NCBI GenBank assembly: GCA_047967505.1
Contig: CM106538.1
Direction: 5' to 3' (one strand)
DNA length: 64,000 nt
DNA from: Dipteris shenzhenensis
Lineage: Eukaryota
The position numbers and the translations under genes were made by a program. The stretch's first letter is position 1; every line of letters starts with the position of its first letter. Shown here one piece after another: positions 13,026 to 24,719 of this stretch. The notes beneath the pieces are model-generated. The model saw nothing but the letters and a program-made list of their open reading frames with translations. It did no database searches and was not told the DNA's origin.

Positions 13026-14679
13026 AGGACTAGTAATACTAAAATAAACATCCATTTTGCTAGATTAATTGCGTTCCTGAGACAAGTCTATAGATGATTG
13101 TTTCTTGGAGAGGTTGTGTATATAGACATTACTTGGTGTACAAATATACCCTTTAAATTTCAAAAAAATCATCAATAATGTTCATACACATCAATGAAGG
13201 ACAAATAAATGATGTTCATATACATAAATGGGGGCCAAACAAACTCATCAAGAATGTTCATACACATCAATGAGGCCAAATAAATGATTGCTTTATTTCA
13301 ATAATTGCTTACATGGAAGTATATATTCAATACTTTTCTCCCTTAGAAGGGTAGTAGAAAGGATAGAAGTATCGTGAGTAACATAGCCAAAAGAACTATC
13401 AAGAAAATGTGCAAACTTTTTACTAGTACAACAAGGCCTACTAAGAATGGCTACCTTTCCATGCAGTGTAAGCTTTCTACCAATGCATAATTGATGGCCT
13501 TTTGTCCTAATTCTTTCACATAATTACAGGATGCCTCCAAGCTCCTCTAACCCAATGAGGCAGAGCACTCATAACTTGAGGTGACAATATATAGAAATTG
13601 TGACATACCTTATCAAGACTAGGAGAAGCAAATATAGTGATCATAGGCTTTTTCTTAAAATGGGAGCAATTTTAAGACAAAGAACTTGAGACTTTAGACA
13701 CTTCTCTAGCAATCCTTTCAATTAAGAGTAATGTTGATTTCTTTAAGAACTTGAGAAAAGAAATTTCCCATATAGAACTTTAAACACAACCTTAATATTA
13801 TATCATTTAAAAACCTTAATAGGAAATCTACAAATCGATCCAAGAATTGTAAACTTTTCTTACAGTCTCTACACGTGAAAATTCTCTGGTTTGAGGAGTA
13901 AGGAGAATCACAAGAAACAAGATGTATCAGTCTAGAAGTAGATGAAATGTTTCTAATAGGGGAGTCATAAGAAACATGATGCATTTGTCTAGAAGTACAT
14001 GCAAGCATTTCTAATATCATCATTAGGAAAATGGAGAGAAGTAATAGGAATCACTTTAGCTTTCCACACTTGAGATGGATTACGACAACAAGCAGAAATG
14101 TTCTCAGTCTTCGATTGAGTTCTCCAAACCATAGGATTCTTTTGACTAGCCTTTTTACTATTGTGATGAGCCAACTTCCCTTTTTTAATTTAAATCTCTA
14201 GGAAATAAGATATGTAAGTTCTCAAGTTCTCGAGGCCTAACTGTTTTGAAAAACTCAGCAATTTCTCTTTCTATATGCCTAGTAACAAAACAACAAATGG
14301 ATTCAAAACTAGATTTTGCCAATATTGCCATTCTCTTTCTATATGCCTGATAACAAATGGATTCAAAACCATATTTTGCCATTATTGCATGTAAGGGTTT
14401 CAAATCTCCAAATAAAAAATTCTTTTTATGAACTTTCCTAGCTTCCCTAACATGCTTTTGAAAAAGAACGGCATGTGTGTTTTATATTTTTTATGTTTTC
14501 TCTCCCACTCCCTATTTTATTTATTTATTTATTTTTAAAAGAAAGAGGGTTTATATTACTTCCAGCATATACAACTTGTTCAACTAATAAAGATGAACAA
14601 CAAGAAACTGAGACAGAACAAAAAGCAAAATCATACAACAATTATAGACTAAGGGTCATTGTTCTTGGCTTTAAAGTCT

Positions 14680-15370
14680 CCGTTGATCAAAGCCTTGCCA
14701 TCTCAAAAGACAGCCCATTTCCCTTCTTTTTTGGCCACCTTTACCTTTGTAAGCTCCGAGGTCTTAGTCTTTAGCTGAGCTTTTGTGAGTTCCTCTGCCA
14801 TCCACGTGCTTAATCCTTTCAGATTATTTGATTGTCAATATCCCGAGTTCTTTCATCTTTTGACTCAAAGGTAAGGATTGCATGCGCTCCTACTTTTCCA
14901 ATAATAAACTCTAGGTCTTCCCATGCAACTCCTAGTAAAGCTTTGCTGATTTTCTCATGAGTCTCTTCATAAGAGTCTTCCACTATGAAGCAGTTGTTTG
15001 ATAAACCTCCAATCCTGAGCATTCTTGAGTTGCACAATCTATCGGCTTGCTCTTTAACTTCCTTCTGTAGTCGAGTAGATAGATGTGTATCTAAGGAGCT
15101 CTTTACTTCTCCTTTGAGCTTCTCTTGGATCTCTCCCTTGAGCTTCTCATGCATCTCTTCCATTTGACTAAATACAGCTTCATCATGAGCTACAAGGGGG
15201 CTTGCCTTCTCTAGTTTGCTCTCAACCACTTTTACTCTCTCTTCTAGCTAAAACTTTTGCTTCAGCTCATTGTTCTCCTTTTTGAGAAGGAGAACTTGCT
15301 ATTGTAGAAGAATAATGACCTCATTTTGCCTAGTGTTAGGCAAGGGTGAAGCTATTGTTGTAGCATAAGA
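14680..15370 (-). mobile_element. LINE ORF1-like (coiled coil plus Transposase_22-like RRM/CTD) remnant
   Basis: ORF 14819..15229 has a coiled coil followed by RMLRIGGL...AILTF. Downstream frames give TWMAEELTKAQL and AKKKGKWAVF...DGKALING, resembling the L1 ORF1p C-terminus. Confidence 0.55.
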
Positions 15371-15498
15371 AGGCTGCTTCTCTTATTTCTTGTCCTCCCT
15401 TATTTTATTAATTATTAATATTTTAAATTTTAAATAAATAAACAAGTAATAAACTAAATTTAAAATTTTGTTTCTTCTTCTTCTTCCTTTGGGTTCAC

Positions 15499-15549
<51 letters not shown>

Positions 15550-15791
15550 ATTGTACCCATTATGAAGCGCATCCATTTATTTATAACAAGTACATGTTTA
15601 AAAACTTGGTGCCTTGTTCAATCGGCACATTTATTTGTAGAGATCACCTATCAATGCCCTTTTGCTTCTTCATCACAGGTGATCAGGGCCCATTTGATTT
15701 TATGAGGATCGTGGAGCTTTGATGCTAGTTCTAGTCTTGTGAAATTCTAGAGGTTGGTTATGAGAGATTCGTTGTCGTGCATTCTATTTGC

Positions 15792-15836
<45 letters not shown>

Positions 15837-16270
15837 ACTCCCTCACATCATACGGCTCCCCTCTCTCAACTCCGCTCCCTTAGCTCCTGTGCCCCCCTTT
15901 GCATAGTCTTTATAGCTTCCCACCATCCTCTACAAGCTTTTGCGTGGCAACTCGAACCAACTCAAATGTGGCAATTCAAACATGAATGTGGCAACTTAAC
16001 CAGTAACACACTCTGTCATCCCAAAAGATAGTCAACATGAGATTTGCCAACAAAATGGAGCTCATAGTTTAGCCCCCTAGTCTTCTTTTAGTTTAGCCGC
16101 CAGGTCTTCTTGCAATTCAGTATTGCGTTGTCTCTTAGTCTTCAGTTCAGTGCAACTACCCTATGTTTAATTTGCCTAGTCCCAAGTTTAGTATAGCCCA
16201 AGCCTTGAGTTACTAAACCCATGCTGAACCCTTGGCTCAACTTGGGGGTTAGCTCTAGCATAGGGGCACT

Positions 16271-17094
16271 TAGTTTTATGCAAGCAATTGTGGACACTTT
16301 CATACAGAAGATGCTTGTCACTTAGACTCCAATTAGTAAACTCTCATACTCAGATATTGCAAGCTACAACCTATCAACATCCATTGCCTATGCAAAGACA
16401 TAAAGAAAGAGGATCATCTCAGACCCGCAGAAGCAAATATATTACTTGCAGTAAGAAACCAGAGAGCTCAAACTCCAAATTGCAACCCTTGGAAGGAAAG
16501 TGCAATAATTAGAGAGTAATGGAAAGCACAAAATTATTGTAGAGGTCATACACAAATCTAATGCTACCTTATCGAATTTGTTCGTGAGTTCCTAATTATG
16601 TTCAATGACTATGCTTGTTAATTCTCTCTTCCCTTTTGCTTATTTTGTTCTCAAAATGTTTGCCCTTTGTTTATGCTCTTACCCTACATAGTTTTATGCA
16701 AGCAACTGTGGACACTTTCATATAGAAGATGCTTGTCACTTAGACTCCAATTAGTAAACTCTCATACTCAGATATTGCAAGCTGGAACCTATCGACATCC
16801 ATTGCCTATGCAAAGACATAAAGAAAGAGGATCATCTCAAACCCACAAAAGCAAATATATTACTCGTAGTAAGAAACCAGAGAGCTCAAACTCCAAATTG
16901 CAACCCTTGGAAGGAAAGTGCAATAATTAGAGAGTAATGGAAAGCACAAAATTATTGTAGAGGTCATACACAAATCTAATGCTACCTTATCGAATTTGTT
17001 CGTGAGTTCCTGATTATGTTCAGTGACTATGCTTGTTGATTCTCTCTTCCCTTTTGCTTATTTTGTTCTTAAAATGTTTGCCCTTTGTTTATGC
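16271..17094. repeat. Near-identical tandem duplication, ~418-bp unit
   Basis: Copies start at 16271 and 16689 (tagttttatgcaagcaa...). This explains the twin ORFs 16288..16512 and 16667..16930. Confidence 0.92.
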
Positions 17095-19500
17095 AAGAAA
17101 AAATGATTTCACTCACATTGTGAAGCTCTTGACAACAATTCTGAGAGAGTTGGCTTTGTAATTTTTTATTATTGTTCTTTTCTTTTGCAACAAAATTCCA
17201 TTTCGCACTATAAATAAATATACATATATATAATATAAAAGCCAATAAAACAGATTCGCAAAAATAATGCCAAATGTTTTGATTGTCAACATAAAAGGGC
17301 TCCATTACCTACCTTATTCGTAGGATACGAAACTGGAAGAACAAACTTGCATTCTTGGAGTGGTTTACTTCCCACATCCAATCAACTCAAAATCTAACTC
17401 CATTACCTATCTTATTCGTAGGATAGGAATCCATAAGAACAAACTTGCATTCTTGGAGTAATAAACTACTTGTCTTAATTGAGAAGAGCAATCATGCCAA
17501 TATTCAAGGTACTAATGTACTATTTAAATTCTAATGCAAAGTGCACTCGTTATCATACATAAGTGGTGGAATGTTAAATAACCCGCCTCACTAATAAATG
17601 ATAAGGCAACCAAAATAAGCTCAACTACCCTACTCCTTGTGTTGCACTACTAATCAATGGCCAAGTAACAATGGCGCAAGAAACTAAAATGTTAGTAGAA
17701 TGTCATTGATAGATAGCTAGAATAGAGTTAGAAACCCAACAAGGACCAACCACATACCCAACAATAGCTAAAAATCCCATTTGAGAGATGGGAAGAAAAG
17801 GCCCATGGAGGATGATCTCATTGAAAGTGAAGAGTCCCTACTAACCCTAGATTTCTAATGTGATAAGAGACATTCACACTCACATTTTTCTACTAGCAAA
17901 CTTAAAAACTTGGCACCGACACAAAATAGTGCTACAAAGCAATTGCAAATGATATGTCAACATGAAGCAAATAGATGCACTGGCAAAAAGAAGTTGATTA
18001 CTTTGGGGAGTAATGGATTACTAAGGAATAAAGGGATGAAGGGAGCTCTCTTTAGTTGCTAGCCACTTCCCTTTCTCAAGAGGGGGGTCCTCAATTGGCC
18101 AAATAAAAGCAAAAACTCAAAGAATATACCATAAGATGTAGGTCTTTGCTTACCTAATAATGCATTATAACAAAAATTGTTGGCGAAACCTATCTATAAT
18201 TACATAGGAAATATCACTTTCTCCAACAAAGCCCAAAGAGAACTTGGATTTTGTTAAATTCCTCTCACAATTTGCAAATTCACAATACCAAGCTTGCATT
18301 TTAATAAAGAAGACATAGGTGCACTAGAAAGTCTTATTTTGCATAGAGTTGAGAGTTCGGATGCCAAAGGCGTGATTCCAATTAATCCAAAACACTGGGC
18401 AATAGCTTAAACATCCCTAGCTACAATTGGGGATGGAAATACACCCGTATGAAGTGCAGTACTTGGGGATGGAAACACACTTACTAGCTCACGTACTACA
18501 CAAAAACTTGTGCAAAGGCAATACATTTGTAGTCAACCCCTCCAACTTTGATGCCAAGCATCATTCACACGGGTGGCAGCCCTCTAAAGCCCAAACTTGT
18601 AATAAAGATAAAAGACAAGTAGATTAGCAACAAGAAGGGCACACACCTAGGATGGGAGGTGTCAAAAGTACAACTTTGGGGCATTCCGAAGACCCAAAAA
18701 CCAAGCGAGTTCTTCAAGCATCAACTAACTTTTCTACTCTCCAAAAAATTAGTAACTGTCATTCCGATAATGCAACACCACTCAATCTCCAAAGTATCCC
18801 ATATAGCTCCAATTCAGTTCGGAAATAAACAAAACTTCATTAGCCCCACAATTGCGGTAACATTTATTCAGCTGACAATGACTTCCTAAAACCTCAAAAA
18901 CTGCCCACACGTTGGCAGATGTAGTTACATCAAAATTTGTCATAGATTCTCAAACAGATTTGAAGCATTAATTAAATCTCTATACAACCTACGCCTTCCT
19001 AGGTTCAACATTAAGCAAACATACATATCAAATCACCCAAAAACTTCAGCCCGCCACAGTCAGCAAAAAAGAAAAGCCTCATGAATCATGACATGTGCAA
19101 GGAAAAACCAATGGAGAATACTTCATGCTTCAAATCATTTCAACATGAACAAATGATGAAAATGGCACATCTTCTGTTCTCCCCCTGCAACTGTTAAAAC
19201 TACCTTCCATTACCCTACATGAGCTCAAGTAATCGCAGCTATCCACTGCCTGAAAAGCTCACAATCTGTCCACAATCAGGAAATCACTGCTGTATATCTT
19301 TTCGAATTTGAGTCGTATTATTTCCTGAGCTTCTGACAGATAGAACTGCAGTTTGAACACTGGTCAGTCCAAAATCATCAGGCATGAGACCCATAGCAAA
19401 GGAAGAAGAAAAGGGACATGCAACCCAAGAAACAATCGCTGTTCATTTGCCTTCGTTATGTACTCTTTGTCGCTTCAGTGAGTAGCCGTGCTTTCTTTTG

Positions 19501-19593
19501 CTTTATAGATGACTGCGATAGATGTGATAAGGGGTTTTCGTTAGCTGTACCACATGCTTTCCTTCTTCACATCTATCAAGGTCATCTATAAAG
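19501..19593. other. Isolated imperfect stem-loop (candidate pre-miRNA-like hairpin)
   Basis: ctttatagatgac-tgc-gatagatgtga-taagg pairs with ccttc-ttcacatctatc-aag-gtcatctataaag; ~32-bp stem, ~28-nt loop. Confidence 0.5.
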
Positions 19594-20337
19594 ACCTCGA
19601 CAGATGCCTCCAAAGGGTCCTAAGGGATGGCTTAGTTTTTAGGTCCATAGTTTTGAAGTTAGTTCATTTGGTCAATTTCACCATCCAAATTGTGGTTAGT
19701 ACGAGCTTTAAGTGTGTGTTAGTAGTAGTTTAAGAGATTCTAATGTGTTTAGGGTTAAGGTTTTGTTTGCTTTGGAGCTCCTAAATGTTCATGTCTTTTG
19801 TTGTGGAAACCTTAAATGGTTATTTCTTTTGTTAGGTATTTCTCTCTAAGGATAGAGGCTCTCTTTGTCTCTTGTATGACACCACCTTTATATTACTCTT
19901 GCCAAAATAGGCACGTCCCCACTTTTATCTAATGGTCCTTCGACCACAGACCTCTTTCATCTCTTTTCTCTCTCTCTTTCACTCATCCACCTTTCCCCAT
20001 ATTCCTTCACCTTCACTTGCTTTTTCTCTTTTCCTTTCCTTCCAATTTACACCCATTGTTTCCCTTTTATAAGTTATTGGAAATATTTATGGAGCTTACA
20101 CTTAGACTTATAATGTCACTCCAAAAGGCAGGGCCTTAGTGGGATCTCCACCTTGTTTTGGCCTGCCGTTTGTAGGTCTTAGTGAAGGACTCCAACCAAA
20201 GCGAAAATTATTTTTGGGGGCTTTATTTTTTGAGTTCCCTTTTGCGGGATAACTCTCACATGCACCGTTCCACATGTCGCCCGTTTCGCCTCTCGCTTGT
20301 GCATGCATGTGAGACATTTCTAGCAACAAAACACCCA

Positions 20338-23300
20338 CTAGTGCTCCGTACCTGAGAGAACATCCCGTCTTGATAAAAAAACTATAGGGCAGGCCAATTA
20401 AACCTGGTTCAATCTTGTTTAAAAAAATAGTGGAAAAAAAAAAAGAATGTATGTGCACTTGTATATGTGTGCATATGTGAATATACGCAATATGAAACTA
20501 TTGTTTACATATCAATACCATTGTTTTTGAAAGGAGGTTAAGATATGTAACTGTTACGGAAACAGGGTGAATTGTTAAAGCCGTTTACATTGTGTTTCCT
20601 TTAAGAGGAAATGTCGTGGTGTTTCTCTTGGAGGAAACGAAAGTTGTGAAAGAGTCTTTTTAAGACTGGTAATATATAAGTGTTATTGAGCCCTTTCCAT
20701 TCTTGTCTCATTGTGATTCAATATGTCTTGTGCTTCAATAGAGTTGTTGACTATAATCGAATACTACAGTGGATGAAAGTATATTAAGAATGTGTAGAAC
20801 TGAATCTTTATTTTATTGGTACCTGAGATGTTGCACTTCAGCAGAGGTCTTTGAAGCAGTCAGAATGTATACTTGGATGCCTGAAATGGACAGGGAATTT
20901 GATCAAATGTGTGTTTTGTTAGTGCTAATCACAGCTAAATGCCATAATAATTGTGCATCACATAAACATATTCAATTTTAAAAATTAAGAGTCTATGTTA
21001 TGGTACCGAATATTGATTTTGTTGATGGGTGGATAGCAAGGAACTGACACTGAAGGGATGAATTATGGGATATGTGTCGGCATGCGATAGGCAAGGTAAA
21101 TTGGATCATGGAATCTTGTCTCGTGCAAACAGAGTATATTGGAGGCTTGTAAATTGTGATCGTGATTGATGTCTTCATAATGTGAAGGTAAAGATCTTGC
21201 GTTCAATCATTGGAGAATTAAGTGTGTGTCTTTGTACTGATGCAGATTGGGAATAGGTAAGTTCCATGCCCAATCTATGGATAGTCTTGTCATTTCTTTT
21301 TGGACCTATGGATCAATTTTGAAATTTTTGTGTGATAGTAGCTCTCTAGTAGCTTTAGCAAGTATAGTTGATCTTTGTGGCCTACACGTGATAGTGTTGT
21401 ATATGTTAGTTAGGCCATGTTTTGTTGAGCCTGTTAGATCAACTAATGTCATGCTTTGGGAGCAATGTATTGTTCTAGCAGTTGCAAGTTGTTTTGGGAA
21501 TTGTGTTCTTGTTATTGTATGGTGTTTGTTTTGACCAACTTGGACGTCCTTCATTATTGGTCGGATTGGTGTCCATTGTTCTTGTATGTTATCTACATAT
21601 AAGTGCTTGTTTTTTTAGCATATTATCACACCTGCTTTTTGGTGTTGTGGAATTTGATTTAAATAATTGGACATTTATTGTCTATGTTTGCTCCTTTGAA
21701 AACACGATCAACACCATTTACAAGTTTGTCATTAATGTTGTAGTTCCTAGCACATAGTTCTATGGCTGTTTCTATTTTGAATTGTAGTGTTTTGTGCAAA
21801 CCAGCTGTTTTTTTAGGATTATCAGCTAGGCAAAATTTTTTAGGGCATGTGCTTGTGTGTGTATTGGTTGCATGAAATGTGAAAGGATCTCCTGCTATTT
21901 TGTTGAGGATCATATCATTGTGGTGTTTGGTTGATTTCACATAATAGAACAAATGGGGAATTGTTGAGTCAGGTGGGAGAGGCTTGCAGCAAGTGCTGTT
22001 TATGTTGTTGATGTTGTAATCTTTTTGCATTGTTGTGCTGAACCTGTTTAGCATGTTTACAAACTTTGGATTTTCTTGGTGCATAGGCTTTGTTAACTCG
22101 TACTAGTAAATGTAATCCTACCAAAACTGTGCAAGTTGGAGAGCTGATGTTTCACGAAATATCCATTTGTCTCTTACAGGACAGATTTGGCATAGGTCAC
22201 CAACCAAAATAATAGCAAGGCCACCAAATGGCAGATGTTGAACATGCATGATGTCACATAATCTTTGATCAATGAATTTGAACATTCTACTACCTACCTA
22301 CGACAAGAGAAATTTCATCAATTACTATTGCTTTGAGTTCGCTACTATAAGCTTTAGTCAGCATGTCCAGTTTATTGTTAGTAGTGGAAGGCTCTTGTTA
22401 AGGGTTGTTTTGTAAGCACAGGTGTGTTAAGTTCTTATAATTAACAGGAATACCTAAAGATGCATGAATCATGCTCCCATCTATGTGGCATGCATCTTTA
22501 CCAGTGTATGCATCTTTTAAAACTTTCAATTTCAAGAGATCAATGCCTAGTTCTTTGTTGTAGTTGTTCCACTAGTAAGCTTAGATAGTACTTTTTCCTG
22601 CTCCTACGCCTCCAACGATAAAAATATGCAATGGAATGGCGGAACTTGTGCTTTTTCTGTACATTATGTCATCAAAAATCAGCCTTTGTTCTCAATTTAA
22701 GCCTTGAATTTGATGATGATATTTTAGTGATGATAACATGACATGCATTAGCTAAATTGTTTCAAACATTGGTTGGTTTGTCTTCTCTTGTCTTGTTACT
22801 ATGTTTGTGGCAATGGCATTTATATCAAGAGTAGGATCATAGTTTGTTACATTGATTGTTAATGCTAATTCTAGCAGTGTTGCACTTTGAAAAGCTTCCA
22901 TCCATAGTGTATTGTGTGATTCAGTTGTTGCTAGTTCATGAGATCTTTGTCGTATCTCACTCCATTTATGTTGTTGTTGATACAAGTTGTTTACACATTG
23001 CATGTGAACTTGTCTCGAGTTTTTTTATTTGTAACTTTTATCTTTTGAAAGTATCAAGCCATGTTTCTTTTTTTTTTTTAAATTGTCTTCCTTTTTATGA
23101 AAAGATATGTAAAGAAGTATTTGTTCCCTGTAGTAATTTGTTGGATCATGGAATTTATTATAATGCACATACCGAATTATCTTTGGCTTCTTTCTTTTTT
23201 TAAAGTGTTTGTGCATGTTGTAGTACGATCTTACTTCAGATAGAGACAAGTTCTCATGAAGTCTAGCCGACAAATGTATCTGTCAATTATAGATGGACAA

Positions 23301-24289
23301 ATGATGCTAGTGGAATCATCTGGTAAGGTTTGTAGCATGGTAAGCGGTTTCAAAACAAAAGCACAATCTTCTGATGGTGATGTATTGATGAATTGGCATG
23401 GTCTGGATGAATGGTACATTGGGAAGTGATAGAATTATATACATTGCTTGTTGTGCTGACATTTGTTGCATGTTCAAAAATGCACTTCCCATTTTCGAAT
23501 CCAAATTGCTGCATCAGTTTGATCTCAATGACAATGTGTCATTATTTCATGCAACTCTTTTGTGATTGTGTTGTCAACTTTAGTGATGTATGATGTGCAA
23601 TAGCTCGCTGCTGCGTAAGGGTCTAGTATGAATTGTGCTTTTGTATTTGCTTGCCAAAGAGGTGTTGCATGTTTGTTGAAGCAATTTGTCCATATGCTAT
23701 GCAGTGGTCTTTTCAAGAAAAGAGTGGGTCTTCATAAGCTACTTTGAAGGCATTTTATAAATTGTTCTTCACCTAAGTTAAGTTCTTCCAAGTACTATAT
23801 CAATGTGCGGTCATCTAAACTTGAGACAAGTTTAATGCTTGGTATATTTCTTGTAATGTTTTCATTATTTCTTTGCAATGATTTTTTAGTGGTGTAAGAA
23901 TTGTCCTTTTATTCATTGGTGGTAAAGGGTAATGAAATCGACATGTTTGTTGCTCATTCTTTTTGCAAGTGTAAGTGTGATGATGTGTTTGGATGTCATA
24001 GATAATAGGATCCAATATTTTTTCATCACAAGATATGTATTTGTCTATAAACTTTATCATTTGTTATGTTGTTGTAGCATAGAGTGTTTCTTATCCAAAA
24101 GAGTAGGTGATCATCAAGGATTCCTTGATTTTGGGCTTTTATGACCGAAAAAAAATCATCTACCTATTCGAACATCGTATCATAGGTTTTCAAGAGTATT
24201 CTCAGTGCTTGCGTCCGGTGATTGTAATAGCTTGCACATGTCATAGGGTCATTTCGTATAAGCTCATGCACATAAGTTTCTTTTGTGTC
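20338..24289 (-). mobile_element. Group-2 Helitron (Helentron-like) RepHel, 3' piece: Rep motifs, PIF1 helicase, start of EEP endonuclease
   Basis: Minus-strand motifs: ELIRNDPMTCA; degenerate HUH region KAQNQGILDDHLLFW; FIDKYISCD...QTHHHTYTC...CRFHYP; QFILDPYAAASYCTSYITK; Walker A HIFIVGGVGAGKS (~22600); IDEISLV; QFPKQLATARTIHCSQ; YTTLSRV; LNARSL...ILCLHET (21105-21206). The left boundary is tentative. Confidence 0.88.
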
Positions 24290-24294
24290 CTACT

Positions 24295-24719
24295 TGTAAC
24301 AAGTAGAGATTAGACCCCAAAATCTACCTATTAGTAGAATTACAGCATCTTCAAGAATGCATTCAGAACTTTCGAAAGAGAACACATCAACTCAAAATCA
24401 AGTGCAACATAGTCGATTAAGGTAAACAACTGTATATTTATTGTATTGCAAAGGCTTCTATCACAACAGCATATATAGAATAGGCATAAAATTGGACAAA
24501 ACAGAGTCCAATCAACAACATCATATCTGCATTCGGAATACTGTATGACAAGTATATGAATCGAACAACTAACTTCCTACATATGGTAGTTGCTTACTAA
24601 CTTGCAAATGCGCCTCATCAGTGGTTGCACAACTAACTCCCATTAAGGTTTTCTATACATCTTATATCATTGTTGAAGATAAATAGTTCATAAATGTGTT
24701 TGAGCTACACTCGCCCACA
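24295..24719 (-). repeat. 3' LTR of Gypsy A
   Basis: Direct, clearly diverged repeat of 41618-42028 with TG...CA ends. Confidence 0.88.

Noticed and set aside
12551-13097. HT/CV-repeat ORFs (also 28793-29354)
   Set aside because: Translations of (CA)n/(TG)n microsatellites.
17600-18900. Possible plus-strand LINE RT remnant (QYLGME)
   Set aside because: A single short motif is too little to support a feature.
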